From NCBI GenBank assembly GCA_963845065.1, contig CAWJQQ010000007.1, positions 62,988 to 126,987 of the forward strand: 64,000 nt of DNA, read 5' to 3'. A program made the translations under genes and the position numbers. The stretch comes from Nitrospirota bacterium (lineage in GTDB: Bacteria; Nitrospirota; UBA9217). The notes under the pieces were generated by a model. It saw nothing but the letters and a program-made list of their open reading frames with translations. It was not told where the DNA came from and did not search any database. Below are positions 50,410 through 60,436 of the stretch, piece by piece; the stretch's first letter is position 1; the number at the start of each line of letters is the position of its first letter.

Positions 50410-51789
50410 TTATCTCGCTCCCATTGCTTTTTCAATGCTGGCTTGGGAGGTCTTGTAATTAGCCAGTGCATTCGTCAAATTAGCTTGGGCCGTTACGTAG
50501 AGTGCAAACGCATCGGAGACTTCGATTGTGCTTCCCACACCAGCGACATATCGACCGTTAGCCAGATCCAGGTTCTCCTTGGCCTGCTTAGCCGCCAGAT
50601 CCGCGGTCGAGATGCTGGCCTCCGCTGCCACCAGGTTCAGATACGCCTGCCTGACGTCGAGCAGTATCTGATTACGTAAAGTTTCTTCATTGGCTCTCAA
50701 GACATAGAGATTTGATTTAGCCCCTGCAACTTGCTGTTGCGTCAAGAAACCGTTAAACAAGGGAATGGTCAAAACTACCCCTGCACTCCAGCCGCGTTCT
50801 TGCGATGAGGTTGTCTCGCCTACTGAGTAGTAATTTGCGTTTCCCGATAAGCTCGGGTAATAACCTGAACGTGCGAAACTGACATTTTCCTCTGCTGCTT
50901 GCCTTTGGGCAATGATCGACTTGAGATCAGGCCTGTTTTCAAAGGCGCGCGACGTTGCTTCCTCCAGAGTGATCGTATACTTCTGAAATGCGAGGTTGTC
51001 CTCAAGCGTGTATTCGGGCGGATCAGGTGTCCCCATAGCGTTGTTTAGAGTCACCCAGGCTATCTTGAGCGCATTCTCGGCATTAATGAGACTGAGTTGC
51101 GCATTGCTCAGATTAACTTCTGCATTGATCACATCGATCCGTGCATTCGTACCGACCGCATAAAAAGCTTTTGCCTGGTCCAGATGGAGTTGCATTTGTT
51201 TTATGACGTCCATATCCACGTCACGATTCCGCTTGGCCTGCAGTACGCCGTAATAGGCCTGCTTCACACTCAGAATTACCGTATCTTGCGTTTCAGTCAG
51301 ATTTGAACGAGCGGCATCGAAATTATACTTCGATATTTCGACCTGTGATGACGTCTTTCCGAAGTCTGTGATATACTGGTTGAGCGATACGCTGCCCTCA
51401 TACTGGTTGTATTGCGTAGTTGCCGTCGAACTTGAGGTTGGCTGAACCCTGTCGTATGTTGCTGATGCGCTCAGCTGCGGATAATAGACGGAGCGCGCTT
51501 GGCCTACCAGGCTCTTGGAAACATCCACACCGTACATCACGGCAAGGATGCTGGGGTTTCTCCTGAGCGCTATATCAATGCACTCATTTACTGTAAGCAT
51601 CGTCACAGTGGGTGTAGTCTGCACTGCCGCGGTATCTTGCTTCGTCGGCTGTTCAGTTTGAGTTGGATTATATTGAAGGAGAGCACCTTTTTCAGCAGCT
51701 AATGCCGGCTTCAATAAGAACGGCGCACTTATCAGGATTATAAGAATCAGCACCAGAGTTGCAACTCTGATTCTAAAATGCCAACTCAT
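50410..51789 (-). CDS. TolC-family outer membrane efflux protein
   Basis: Two OEP repeats (AL..NPSI..YYPQLS; A.ENRPDL..YYPSLS; RY.AGVG). Confidence 0.93.
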   Translation of the reverse strand: MSWHFRIRVATLVLILIILISAPFLLKPALAAEKGALLQYNPTQTEQPTKQDTAAVQTTPTVTMLTVNECIDIALRRNPSILAVMYGVDVSKSLVGQARSVYYPQLSASATYDRVQPTSSSTATTQYNQYEGSVSLNQYITDFGKTSSQVEISKYNFDAARSNLTETQDTVILSVKQAYYGVLQAKRNRDVDMDVIKQMQLHLDQAKAFYAVGTNARIDVINAEVNLSNAQLSLINAENALKIAWVTLNNAMGTPDPPEYTLEDNLAFQKYTITLEEATSRAFENRPDLKSIIAQRQAAEENVSFARSGYYPSLSGNANYYSVGETTSSQERGWSAGVVLTIPLFNGFLTQQQVAGAKSNLYVLRANEETLRNQILLDVRQAYLNLVAAEASISTADLAAKQAKENLDLANGRYVAGVGSTIEVSDAFALYVTAQANLTNALANYKTSQASIEKAMGAR

Positions 51790-51815
51790 ACTTTGGATTC
51801 TCCTCAAAATTCTTT

Positions 51816-52412
51816 TTAATTATGCTTCATCGTACCGTGTATAAAGATATCGACAAATTCTCGGACATTCTGTTCCATTCGTTTTTTTGATATGCCGTTC
51901 TCTTTTATCATCACTTCTGTACGGAAATAATTAAAAAGCATTCCCATAAATGCACGGACGGCGCTTTCCGCAGGAACGCTTCTCATCACTCCTTTTTTTT
52001 GCAACGATGTAAAATAGCTCCCAAGCGTTGCCCTACTCTCATTCACAATAGCACTATACGCATTCCGAATTTTTTCAGGATAGAGATGAATTTCAGTCAA
52101 TAGTATCTTTATCATGGGCCTTCGCTCTTTCAACGTCTCGAGAAAATTCATCGCAAGCAGTGTGAGAGCGTCTTCATAGGGAAGCTGGTCTAATGCAGGA
52201 AGAATCTCCTTGAGTCTCGGCAGAAAAGTATAGCTATTCAGAAGCTCTTCAAATAAACGTTCCTTGGTGCCGAAGTGGCGGAATAGCGTAAGCTCGGTTA
52301 CGCCGGCCTGACGGGAGATTTCGCGCGTTGTAGCTCCAAGATAGCCTTTTTCGGAAATCAGTTTGAGCGTTGCTTCTAGGAGTTGTTGCTTTGTCGTGGT
52401 TTTTCGTGTCAT
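51816..52412 (-). CDS. TetR/AcrR-family regulator
   Basis: ATTREISRQAGVTELTLFRHFGTKE. Confidence 0.95.
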   Translation of the reverse strand: MTRKTTTKQQLLEATLKLISEKGYLGATTREISRQAGVTELTLFRHFGTKERLFEELLNSYTFLPRLKEILPALDQLPYEDALTLLAMNFLETLKERRPMIKILLTEIHLYPEKIRNAYSAIVNESRATLGSYFTSLQKKGVMRSVPAESAVRAFMGMLFNYFRTEVMIKENGISKKRMEQNVREFVDIFIHGTMKHN

Positions 52413-52434
52413 TAATTTTTTTACTGTAGATTAT

Positions 52435-52477
52435 TGTAAGTATGTGCTTACATTACAGCAGAGAACCGACTCTGTCA
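52435..52477 (-). promoter_or_regulatory. tetR promoter with palindromic operator
   Basis: TGTAAG-N6-CTTACA at 52435-52452 overlapping the -10 of minus-strand TTGACA-17-TAATGT. Confidence 0.72.
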
Positions 52478-52584
52478 AGCAAATATCTGGATTCATCCAT
52501 TTTCCCCTTGCATGGGTAAGCGTGTTATGGTAAGGTATGAACTGCACTTAAACCAAATATCTGGTGTTTATGGAGGATGTTATC

Positions 52585-52779
52585 GTGGCGGGTACGTGTC
52601 AAATCTGTGGAAAAGGGAAGTTAAGCGGCAATCAGGTCAGTCATTCGAACAACAAAACGAAAAAGGTATCGAGACCGAATTTGCAATCGGTTAGAGCGGT
52701 TGGACCGGCCGGTTCGCACGTGCGGATACATGCATGTACACGCTGTATCAGATCCGGCAAAGTCAAAAAAGTAAGCTAA
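52585..52779 (+). CDS. rpmB: 50S ribosomal protein L28
   Basis: CQICGK...[11 protein letters not shown]...PNLQ..CTRC; GTG start after GGAGG. Confidence 0.96.
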   Translation: MAGTCQICGKGKLSGNQVSHSNNKTKKVSRPNLQSVRAVGPAGSHVRIHACTRCIRSGKVKKVS

Positions 52780-52883
52780 TAAATAAGACCCACTGTCCCC
52801 TCCTTTCTTCGGGCGGGGCCACAATTTCTATTCTGAACGCTTCCCTCAAAGCGTCTTAAATGAAGTTCTTCCGACGCAACTCA

Positions 52884-53635
52884 TGACTACCGGCGCAGCC
52901 GATGTCTTGCTTAAGCCCCATAGATAGCAGTATTACTTGCATCCCGAAAGGGGTTATCTTTTTTTTCTGTTCATCGTGGTGCAATTGGCCGTTCTGATAG
53001 CCATTCGCATCACGTGGTTTGCTGCTTGATAATTGCTCCTACCTACTACGTGCAGCCCTAAAAAGGTCATGCACTCAAGTCATACTTATTCACCGATTCA
53101 TTGATTCCCTAATCCCTGATGTATTTCCGTATCTTCGCTTCATCCAGCCCCACCGTATTGACATAACTGACATAGTACACGCGTGTCCAAAAACTATGAC
53201 CCTTTGAAATTACGCTTGTGTTTGCCGTACCATTCAAACACAATCATCGCACTTTTTCCCTTTATATACCTCACGATGGCCACTACTGCATATTTAGGCG
53301 GGATCGACAGATACATATTGATGTGGTCTATACAGGCTTTTCTCTTCCAAAATGCCCACGCCTTTGTATTCACACAACCGACGCAATATCGGGCCGACCT
53401 CCTATCGAAGTCGTCCGTATATGACTTTCCTCCTGAGCTTTAACACAAATAAAATATGGTACATACATTCATGGACTGTGTGCGTTAAACTTTCCATAAC
53501 CTGTTTGTTCCTTTCTCACGATGACCATTGGAACAGTGGTCCAATTGTAGGAAAGGTGCTTTTCTTTTTCAAATACTACACATACTACACACAGTTTTTT
53601 CTATTATCCCCGTCGTAGTCGGGTTTAGCTTTGGA
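52884..53635 (-). mobile_element. tnpA: Decayed IS200-type element with tnpA pseudogene (about 53090-53497)
   Basis: MESLTHTVHECMYHI..RRKVIYG..IDHINMYLSIPPKY..KGKSA..FWTR.YYV..GLDEAKIRKYI with stops and a frameshift; degenerate end hairpins. Confidence 0.85.
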
Positions 53636-53750
53636 ATTAAAGTGCGGTCACGAAGAGTGAATTTGCCATCGTGATAATCCAAATTTATAATAATACCTTA
53701 GATGTTCTTGCGGCACAGTAAATGCTTGCCGAGCTAATGATTATGACAGC

Positions 53751-53819
53751 AAATTATAATAACTGCAAAGTATAAAGTTATAATTTGAAGTTGACTCTGT
53801 CCAGACGCTGTACTATATT
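53751..53819 (+). promoter_or_regulatory. sigma70 promoter with upstream inverted repeat
   Basis: CAAATTATAA..TTATAATTTG directly upstream of TTGACT-17-TATATT. Confidence 0.55.
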
Positions 53820-54012
53820 ACATTACTCAATCAATAAATTCAGAGGAACTAAGCCAAAAAAAATTCACTGATGTTCATTTTCCCCTCGTTTTTTGGGAAA
53901 AGGAGGTGGACAGAAGAAGAATAATTACCATTCACTGTTTGTGCCTAATTGTCTGAACTTGTGAGTAAGGGAGCACTTGACGTGCTCAACTTTTAAATTA
54001 AGGGGAGGTACT

Positions 54013-55050
54013 ATGAGTTTTAAGAAAAGTGTTGTAATTGGTATGGTTGTTCTAGCTGTTATTGCATTGGTCGTAGGCATCATGGGGAAAAACTCGGTTG
54101 AAGCGGCAGGTGGTTTACAAGGCACGGCATACGTAGCGGGTCACGGCGGACACCTTGCTATCATAGACCTCGCGACATTGAAGCCGCCCACGGACATCGA
54201 AAAGGACAGAATAGTCATCACCGAAGCTGGTTCTGAGATGGAAGGCAAGATTGCCGGCATGGATTTCGAAACGGTAAAAAAGCAAGGCGGTTCTCACGGC
54301 AGTACTATTATCGGCAGGACGCTCTTTGTCGGTCTGTTAAATGGTGATATTGTGACCTATGACCTAACAACTGGCAAAAAATCCGCACCTATGAAGGTCG
54401 GGAAAAAATTCTGTGGCGCCATTACCGGGCCGGACGGGAATATCTACTTCGAAGATATGGCTGACGGCCATGTATATATCTTTGACCCGAAGGGTTTGAA
54501 GACGGTCGATTCAATGCCTGTTGGTGCGGCAGTATGCGGTATTGGCTGGACGAAAAACGCGACAAAAGCATATGTATCCGACATGCCTCTCGGCAAGGTT
54601 TATGTAATTGACTGGAAGACAAAAAAGACCATCAAGGAGATCACAGATCCCGATATGACCTTCCTTCATCAGCTCGCGATGACCAACGACGGCAAACAGG
54701 TATGGGTGACAGCTGCGAATGAATTTGACCCAGGCCTCAAACCCGGCACACATCATCCTTACATCATCGTGATCGATACGAAGACTGACAAGATCGTAGA
54801 CCGTATCCAGATGCCGGATACTATCAGGACCCACGATCTGCTGTTCTCTCCTGACGGCAAGACAGCGCTTATCACCGGCCGCGACTACATCCACAAGGAC
54901 GGAGTGCTCGCACTCATGGATGTCAAGACCCATAAGATCGAGAAAACGGTGTCCCTCTGCTCAAGCTGCCATCAGCCGAACGGTGTGCAGGTAACCATCG
55001 ACAGTGGTGCACCGCTCCTTTGCGGACTGGCTATTGACTGGAAGAAGTAA
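54013..55050 (+). CDS. Secreted YVTN/YncE-like beta-propeller with His/Cys-rich blade tips and C-terminal CxxCH
   Basis: Signal peptide VEA/A; blade repeats (V.VID.KT.K); GHGGH, SHG, FCG, VCG, LHQ, THD, CSSCH, LCG. Confidence 0.85.
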   Translation: MSFKKSVVIGMVVLAVIALVVGIMGKNSVEAAGGLQGTAYVAGHGGHLAIIDLATLKPPTDIEKDRIVITEAGSEMEGKIAGMDFETVKKQGGSHGSTIIGRTLFVGLLNGDIVTYDLTTGKKSAPMKVGKKFCGAITGPDGNIYFEDMADGHVYIFDPKGLKTVDSMPVGAAVCGIGWTKNATKAYVSDMPLGKVYVIDWKTKKTIKEITDPDMTFLHQLAMTNDGKQVWVTAANEFDPGLKPGTHHPYIIVIDTKTDKIVDRIQMPDTIRTHDLLFSPDGKTALITGRDYIHKDGVLALMDVKTHKIEKTVSLCSSCHQPNGVQVTIDSGAPLLCGLAIDWKK

Positions 55051-55081
55051 ATCGTATAATATAGCTATAGCGTAAGTTCAC

Positions 55082-55120
55082 GCCGGAAGATGGGATATAA
55101 ACCCGTTTTCCGGCTTTTCT
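55082..55120 (+). terminator. Hairpin after the propeller gene (partial terminator or mRNA stabiliser)
   Basis: GCCGGAAGATGGG..CCCGTTTTCCGGC followed by TTTT. Confidence 0.7.
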
Positions 55121-55170
55121 TTCTTACGCGATTGCATTCATCTAACCTCGAAGGGAACCACTCCTCAATC

Positions 55171-56367
55171 ATGAACATTCCCTATGTCGCCCTAAAGAAC
55201 TTGAAAAGAAAACTGACGCGGACCTGGCTTTTGTTTGCCATCGTTGCAGTAGTTTCGTGCACGCTCTTTGCCGCAACCCTTTTTCTAAAGAGTATTAATA
55301 ATGCGCTTAAAATCGGTACGTACCGACTTGGCGCCGACATCCTCGTAGTGCCTGAGAGCGCGGAACAGCAGGCAAAGGCTGCGCTCTTGTCAGGCGAGCC
55401 CACATCATTTCTCATGGACAGATCCGTACTTGATCAGGTCAAAAAAATCGATGGAGTCAAAAACGTCACCCCGCAGCTGTTTATCAAACCCACAAGTTTC
55501 TCCTGCTGTTTTGATGTCGATGTGTTCCTTATCGCCTTTGACCCGAATACCGACTTCACAGTGAAACCCTGGCTCGCAACGCACATGAGCAGAAAGCTGG
55601 GTATTAATGAAATTATCACCGGGCGGAACATTCCAGTAATCGTTGGAGACAACATCCCCTTTTACGGGACCACTTTTGAGGTTGCAGGGACGATGGAACC
55701 AACGGGAATGGATTTTTTTGATCGTTCGGTTTTCATGAGCCTTGACGCCGCATACAGGATGGCGGAGAATTCAAAAACCAAGGCGATTCAACCGCTTGAG
55801 ATCGGCAGGGACAAAATTTCCACGGTTTTGGTCCAGGTAAACGATGACATTACTCCTGATCGCGTAGCTCTCAGGATCGAGCACGACATCCCCGGAGTCA
55901 AAGCTCTGCAATCGGACACGGTTATTAGTACTGTTCGAAAACAGCTTTCAGGACTAATCCATGGCATCGTCATGATCAGCAGCATCCTTTGGATCATCGT
56001 GCTTCTTATCATGGCCTTTGCTTTTTATATGATTGCCAACGAACGCCGCAGGGAATTCGGTCTCTTGCGTGCGATGGGTGCGAACAGACTTCATATTGCA
56101 GAAATAATCCTGACCGAGGCGTCACTGCTTTCCGTTGCCGGCGGGGCAGTTGGCATTGCCCTCGGGTTTTCATTGCTCATCAGTTTTAAAAATGTGATGC
56201 TCCACTATCTAAAGCTACCCTATCTCTTTCCATCAGCAGCAGAACTCGTCATGCTCGTGGCGGGCGCCCTGGTTTTTTCTCTTCTGACCGGGCTTCTTTC
56301 CGCATTGTTGCCTTCTCTCACCGTAATCAAAACGGAACCCTATGACGCCATAAGGAGCGCAGAGTGA
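55171..56367 (+). CDS. MacB/FtsX/LolC-type ABC transporter permease
   Basis: KNLKRK..RT, RLGADILVVP, periplasmic SCC motif, ERRREFGLLRAMGA, EPYDAIR. Confidence 0.92.
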   Translation: MNIPYVALKNLKRKLTRTWLLFAIVAVVSCTLFAATLFLKSINNALKIGTYRLGADILVVPESAEQQAKAALLSGEPTSFLMDRSVLDQVKKIDGVKNVTPQLFIKPTSFSCCFDVDVFLIAFDPNTDFTVKPWLATHMSRKLGINEIITGRNIPVIVGDNIPFYGTTFEVAGTMEPTGMDFFDRSVFMSLDAAYRMAENSKTKAIQPLEIGRDKISTVLVQVNDDITPDRVALRIEHDIPGVKALQSDTVISTVRKQLSGLIHGIVMISSILWIIVLLIMAFAFYMIANERRREFGLLRAMGANRLHIAEIILTEASLLSVAGGAVGIALGFSLLISFKNVMLHYLKLPYLFPSAAELVMLVAGALVFSLLTGLLSALLPSLTVIKTEPYDAIRSAE

Positions 56368-56960
56368 GATACCTACTAATAATCGTTGCTTTGGTTTCAA
56401 TCGGCTTTGCGTCCTGTTCAAAGGAGCAGGTGCAGAATCCTGCTCCAGTAGCAACACAAAAAAGCGAATTTGAAACAGTCAGGGATCAAGTAAAAAATAA
56501 TCCTAAAGATGCTTCTTCATGGTATTATCTTGCGGAGTTGTACGAAAGTGCAGGTGCCTATCAGGAGGAAATAGATGCCCTTAAACATGTTATCTCCCTC
56601 AAGCCTGCAATGGGTTATACATATTTCAAGCTCGGAACGACGTATAACAGAGTAGAACGCTATCAGGATGCGGTAACAAATTTCCGTAAAGCCACCCAAT
56701 ATCTTCATAATCAACCGATGATTTACAATAATCTCGCCATATCCTATGGAAAACTGGGCAAAACTAACGACGAAATAGCTGCACTCAAAAAAGCTCTGGA
56801 AATACGTCCAAATTACGCAATCGCTCGATTTAACCTAGGCATGGCATACCTCAAAAAGGGCGATCGGGCAGAAGCAAAGAAACAATACCAGATTGTAAAA
56901 AATATCGATCAAGGACTCGCCGACGCTTTAAAAAAGGAGATAGATTTGAAGGAGAAATAA
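56364..56960 (+). CDS. TPR lipoprotein
   Basis: Lipobox FASC; about four TPR repeats; 4-bp overlap with the permease stop. Confidence 0.88.
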   Translation: MRYLLIIVALVSIGFASCSKEQVQNPAPVATQKSEFETVRDQVKNNPKDASSWYYLAELYESAGAYQEEIDALKHVISLKPAMGYTYFKLGTTYNRVERYQDAVTNFRKATQYLHNQPMIYNNLAISYGKLGKTNDEIAALKKALEIRPNYAIARFNLGMAYLKKGDRAEAKKQYQIVKNIDQGLADALKKEIDLKEK

Positions 56961-56962
56961 TC

Positions 56963-57367
56963 ATGGCGAAAATTCTGGGGACATTGCTGATTACCGTTAT
57001 ATTGATTGCTGGTTGTTCTCTCTCAGCAACAGCCGGAAATATTAAGTGTACGGAATGTGGCATGTTTGTTGACATGAACTCAAAATTCACCTCAAAAATC
57101 GTTCAAGGCGATACAACATCCTATTTCTGCGACATCGGTGATCTTTTCTCCTACCTGAAACGAAAAGGTTTGAATGATGTTGCGGCGCAGGTCAAAGACT
57201 ATAATACCGGCGAGTGGATCGATGCCAAAAAGGCTTTCTACGTCCATTCCAGAAAAAAATTCATGACACCGATGGGCTGGGGCATTGCGGCATTTAAAGA
57301 CAAGATTATCGCCGTCGAATTCGGCAGTGTCTCGGATTTTAAAGCTGCGACCTTGACGTTAAAATAA
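56963..57367 (+). CDS. NosL-family copper-chaperone-like protein
   Basis: CTECGMFV, FCDIGDL, VKDYNTGEWIDAKKAFYV, TPMGWG. Confidence 0.92.
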   Translation: MAKILGTLLITVILIAGCSLSATAGNIKCTECGMFVDMNSKFTSKIVQGDTTSYFCDIGDLFSYLKRKGLNDVAAQVKDYNTGEWIDAKKAFYVHSRKKFMTPMGWGIAAFKDKIIAVEFGSVSDFKAATLTLK

Positions 57368-57369
57368 GG

Positions 57370-57670
57370 GACCCAGTCGCCATCACTGCTCTCTTTGGAG
57401 GGCTCCTTCTGATCCTCGTTCTGCGATATATTTTTCTGCATACGAATTCGATGGATATCAACATTTGGCTGCTCCGACACCACTCGCTCCAAACAAGTTT
57501 CAGGCATGATTCTCATGGCAGGCGGCATGGCGATGTTTTTTCTCAAAAAACGCAGACTGATGAATAATAGCGTCGTCTTTGCCTTTATCATGTCGGAGTC
57601 TTTTTTTGGCTCTCTGCTAACTTAGGTTATTGTCTAAGCCTGCGGATGTCATGTCCTTATGGCATGGTTC
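57370..57670 (+). pseudogene. Probable decayed membrane-protein gene
   Basis: Hydrophobic segments (VAITALFGGLLLILVL; GMILMAGGMAMFFL) broken by a frameshift and stops. Confidence 0.4.
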
Positions 57671-57754
57671 CGGGAGTTCGGTTTATTGACATCACAGGAT
57701 TTGTTATAATTGGACTAATCGATCTCACCAAGACTTATCGAAAGAAGGGAATCC

Positions 57755-58417
57755 ATGATTGAGCTGAAAGGGCTGTCAAAAACCTATACAATTGCAAAAA
57801 AGAAAATCAACGCCGTTCAGTCCGTCGACCTGAGCGTCGAGCAGGGGCATTTCGTCTCTATAGTCGGTCATTCGGGAAGCGGTAAAAGCACTTTCCTAAG
57901 TCTGATTGGAGGAATCGCACGTCCCGACACCGGGACCGTAAGGATCAACGGCGCAAATATTTGGGAATATAGCGACAAGAGGCTCTCCAAACTCAGGAAT
58001 GATAAGTTTGGGTTTATATACCAGTTTGCCAGCCTTATACCCACACTCACTGCGACGGAGAATGTCCTCCTCCCAACCGTGTTCGGCGGACGCAAAACAG
58101 TGAAAGACGCGGAGGAGCTCCTCAAGCTTGTTGGACTCGGCGATAAGACGGACCGGTACCCTTCGGAACTAAGCGGAGGCGAGCAGCAGCGTGTAGCCAT
58201 TGCTCGAGCGTTCATTAACGATCCCGAGATCATTCTTGCCGATGAACCTACAGGTGACCTCGATGAAGAGACGGAAGCTGAAATCATGACCTTCTTTGAA
58301 AAGGTCAATCGGGAGAGGAATGTCACCATGATCATGGTGACGCATAGTTCCGAGATCGCCCTTCGTGCTCCCTATCGCATCCGGATGAAGCACGGCACAC
58401 TGGAAAGACTTAACTGA
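57755..58417 (+). CDS. ABC ATP-binding protein (LolD/MacB-like)
   Basis: GHSGSGKST, LSGGEQQRVAIARA, ILADEPTGDLD, VTH. Confidence 0.95.
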   Translation: MIELKGLSKTYTIAKKKINAVQSVDLSVEQGHFVSIVGHSGSGKSTFLSLIGGIARPDTGTVRINGANIWEYSDKRLSKLRNDKFGFIYQFASLIPTLTATENVLLPTVFGGRKTVKDAEELLKLVGLGDKTDRYPSELSGGEQQRVAIARAFINDPEIILADEPTGDLDEETEAEIMTFFEKVNRERNVTMIMVTHSSEIALRAPYRIRMKHGTLERLN

Positions 58418-58460
58418 TCCGACTGGATTCTTTCCTCATACTCAACCAATAAAAAAATAG

Positions 58461-58500
58461 ACAAAACGGCGGACCGATGGGCCGCCGTTTTGTTTTTCTT
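58461..58500. terminator. Bidirectional terminator
   Basis: ACAAAACGGCGG/CCGCCGTTTTGT with A and T tracts between convergent operons. Confidence 0.85.
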
Positions 58501-58520
58501 TTTCCACTCTATCGTTACAC

Positions 58521-59231
58521 TTATTTATTTTTTTTTTCGTTTCCGTAGAGATAGTCATATTCCGCCGGATGATTGTGCTTGAGCTCCTCCGTCGTCATCT
58601 TCCCCGTGAGCCACATCCAGTTCATTGGAAATACCTCTGCACGAAGGTGTTCGTTATAGAAATGGAAGATCAGGATAAACACAATTGCAAGAAGGGCCTC
58701 ATCACTATGCATGACGAAGATGACGTCCCAGATCCATTTCAGAGACCACACCGGGAACAGTGATGATACCGTGACCGGGAAAGTAAGACAGAACCCGGAT
58801 GCGCCGATAATAAACATACCCCAGTATACTGCCCAGTAATCGAACTTCTGCATATAGGTGAATTTTCCAAAATATGGTTTCTCTTTTCTGAAGCCGAAAA
58901 AATACATGAAATTGTGGTATAGGTCAACCACATCCTTCGGCACGGGAACAAGCGTAGGTCTCAGCCCACCCTTGCGCGCCAGGTTGATGATGTAGAACTG
59001 GTGATACACGAAGACGAGCAGCATGGTGATGCCTGCTATGCGGTGAATAATCCCGGCCGATTTCGCACCGCCCCAGAATGAGATCCAGGCACTCGCTGGT
59101 TCTTGATACGCGTATTTTAACCCCCAGCCAGTGAAGGACAGAAGGAGAAACGTCGTGAACATGACAACATGCTGAATCCTCGCTGAGAGGTCGAGCCTCT
59201 CGATTTCAGCAGGTATGGTTTTATTATTCAT
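58521..59231 (-). CDS. Cytochrome b subunit (FdnI/CbcL b-domain-like)
   Basis: RIQH, IIHRIAG, VYH, KFTYMQKFDYWA, VMHSDEALLA..FHFYN.H, four TM segments. Confidence 0.88.
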   Translation of the reverse strand: MNNKTIPAEIERLDLSARIQHVVMFTTFLLLSFTGWGLKYAYQEPASAWISFWGGAKSAGIIHRIAGITMLLVFVYHQFYIINLARKGGLRPTLVPVPKDVVDLYHNFMYFFGFRKEKPYFGKFTYMQKFDYWAVYWGMFIIGASGFCLTFPVTVSSLFPVWSLKWIWDVIFVMHSDEALLAIVFILIFHFYNEHLRAEVFPMNWMWLTGKMTTEELKHNHPAEYDYLYGNEKKNK

Positions 59232-60120
59232 GGCTGCCTCCTTTCTTGAATAAACGGTCGCGAATTTCTCCGAAAATGGACAGAAGAACATGAAGACAAA
59301 TGAACAAGAATACACTAACGGTTAGGATAATCAAAGCGATCTCGGTAAAATGAGCTATGGGACGCGGTGCTTTGTGCGTGAAGGCGGTAACAAATTTAGA
59401 TGTGGCCCCGCTATGGCACTTTCCGCACGTCGCAATCTTGTTCTGCCCTACGACGGGTGACGTAGGGTCTTTATCGCTCTTAATGTTATGCGAGCCGTGG
59501 CAGTCCACGCAGGAAGGTGCATTGCTGTCGCCTAACTTGAGTTTTCTGCCGTGAAAACTTTCTTTATAGCGCTCCATGACTTGCGGATTGAATCCATATT
59601 TTTCCGACATCATCTTTTCTTCATGGCAAGTACCGCAAGTCTGAACAACATTAAAATGATTCACTGGTGACTCTTGACTGGATTTTGACATAATGTAATG
59701 AGCGGAACCATGGCAGCTTGTACAGACAGGCCCGTCAGATGACTTCTTCACCATGACGTTCTGGCCGTGCACGCTGTTTTTGTACGCTTCATAAATGTCG
59801 GGATGACAATCAATGCAGGCTGCCTGCGACAACGGGTCAACCTTGCTCTTTGAAGAGAGCGCATTTGCCAGCGTTTGCACATCTTCATCGGGCTTCGCAC
59901 CCGACATCCCCTGGTGCTGCGCGCCTTTCAATACCATATGGCACATGACACAGTCAAAAGAACCGTGCACAGATTGTGTAAACTTTTCTTGATTTACTTT
60001 GACGTTTCCTTCCATAGATCCGTGGCAGCCAAGGCATGTTGCCGCATCAGTCGCTGCACTGGCTGCAGAGATCGCAACAAGGGTGAACAACAGCACAACA
60101 ATGTTCATCCATTTCCCCAT
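59224..60120 (-). CDS. Membrane-anchored heptaheme cytochrome c
   Basis: Signal peptide; seven CxxCH (CLGCH, CVMCH, CIDCH, CTSCH, CGTCH, CVDCH, CGKCH); C-terminal TM helix with His. Confidence 0.93.
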   Translation of the reverse strand: MGKWMNIVVLLFTLVAISAASAATDAATCLGCHGSMEGNVKVNQEKFTQSVHGSFDCVMCHMVLKGAQHQGMSGAKPDEDVQTLANALSSKSKVDPLSQAACIDCHPDIYEAYKNSVHGQNVMVKKSSDGPVCTSCHGSAHYIMSKSSQESPVNHFNVVQTCGTCHEEKMMSEKYGFNPQVMERYKESFHGRKLKLGDSNAPSCVDCHGSHNIKSDKDPTSPVVGQNKIATCGKCHSGATSKFVTAFTHKAPRPIAHFTEIALIILTVSVFLFICLHVLLSIFGEIRDRLFKKGGSHE

Positions 60121-60318
60121 ACTTTCTCCCTTCACCATAATAATAAGATTTTAAGAAAACTGCAAAAGCGGCACACTGTGCATGTTCAAATGAAAATCCT
60201 AAATTGGGTAAGCGTCATCCGAGTAAGTAAGCAGGCAACCATTCCAGTCGTAGCAGGCGTTGATGTCAGAGCAATTGGAAGTATTGAGATCTGATTATAT
60301 ATCACCTTTTGACGTTAC

Positions 60319-60347
60319 CGCAAGTATCATGCCATAACTAATTGATT
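60319..60347 (-). promoter_or_regulatory. sigma54 promoter with adjacent IHF-like site
   Basis: Minus strand TGGCAT-N5-TTGCG (60319-60334) and AATCAATTAGTTA (60335-60347), matching WATCAANNNNTTR. Confidence 0.7.
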
Positions 60348-60436
60348 TTATAATGTTGATTGATTCAGAGTTATTTGCAAGATTGAGAATATTGGCAGTA
60401 TTATATCATCTTTGCAAATATCTTGAGAATTATTTT

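Noticed and set aside
54013..55050. Calling the propeller NosZ or cytochrome cd1 nitrite reductase
   Set aside because: Too short, with no CuA cupredoxin domain, no N-terminal cytochrome c domain, and no nosD or nir genes nearby.
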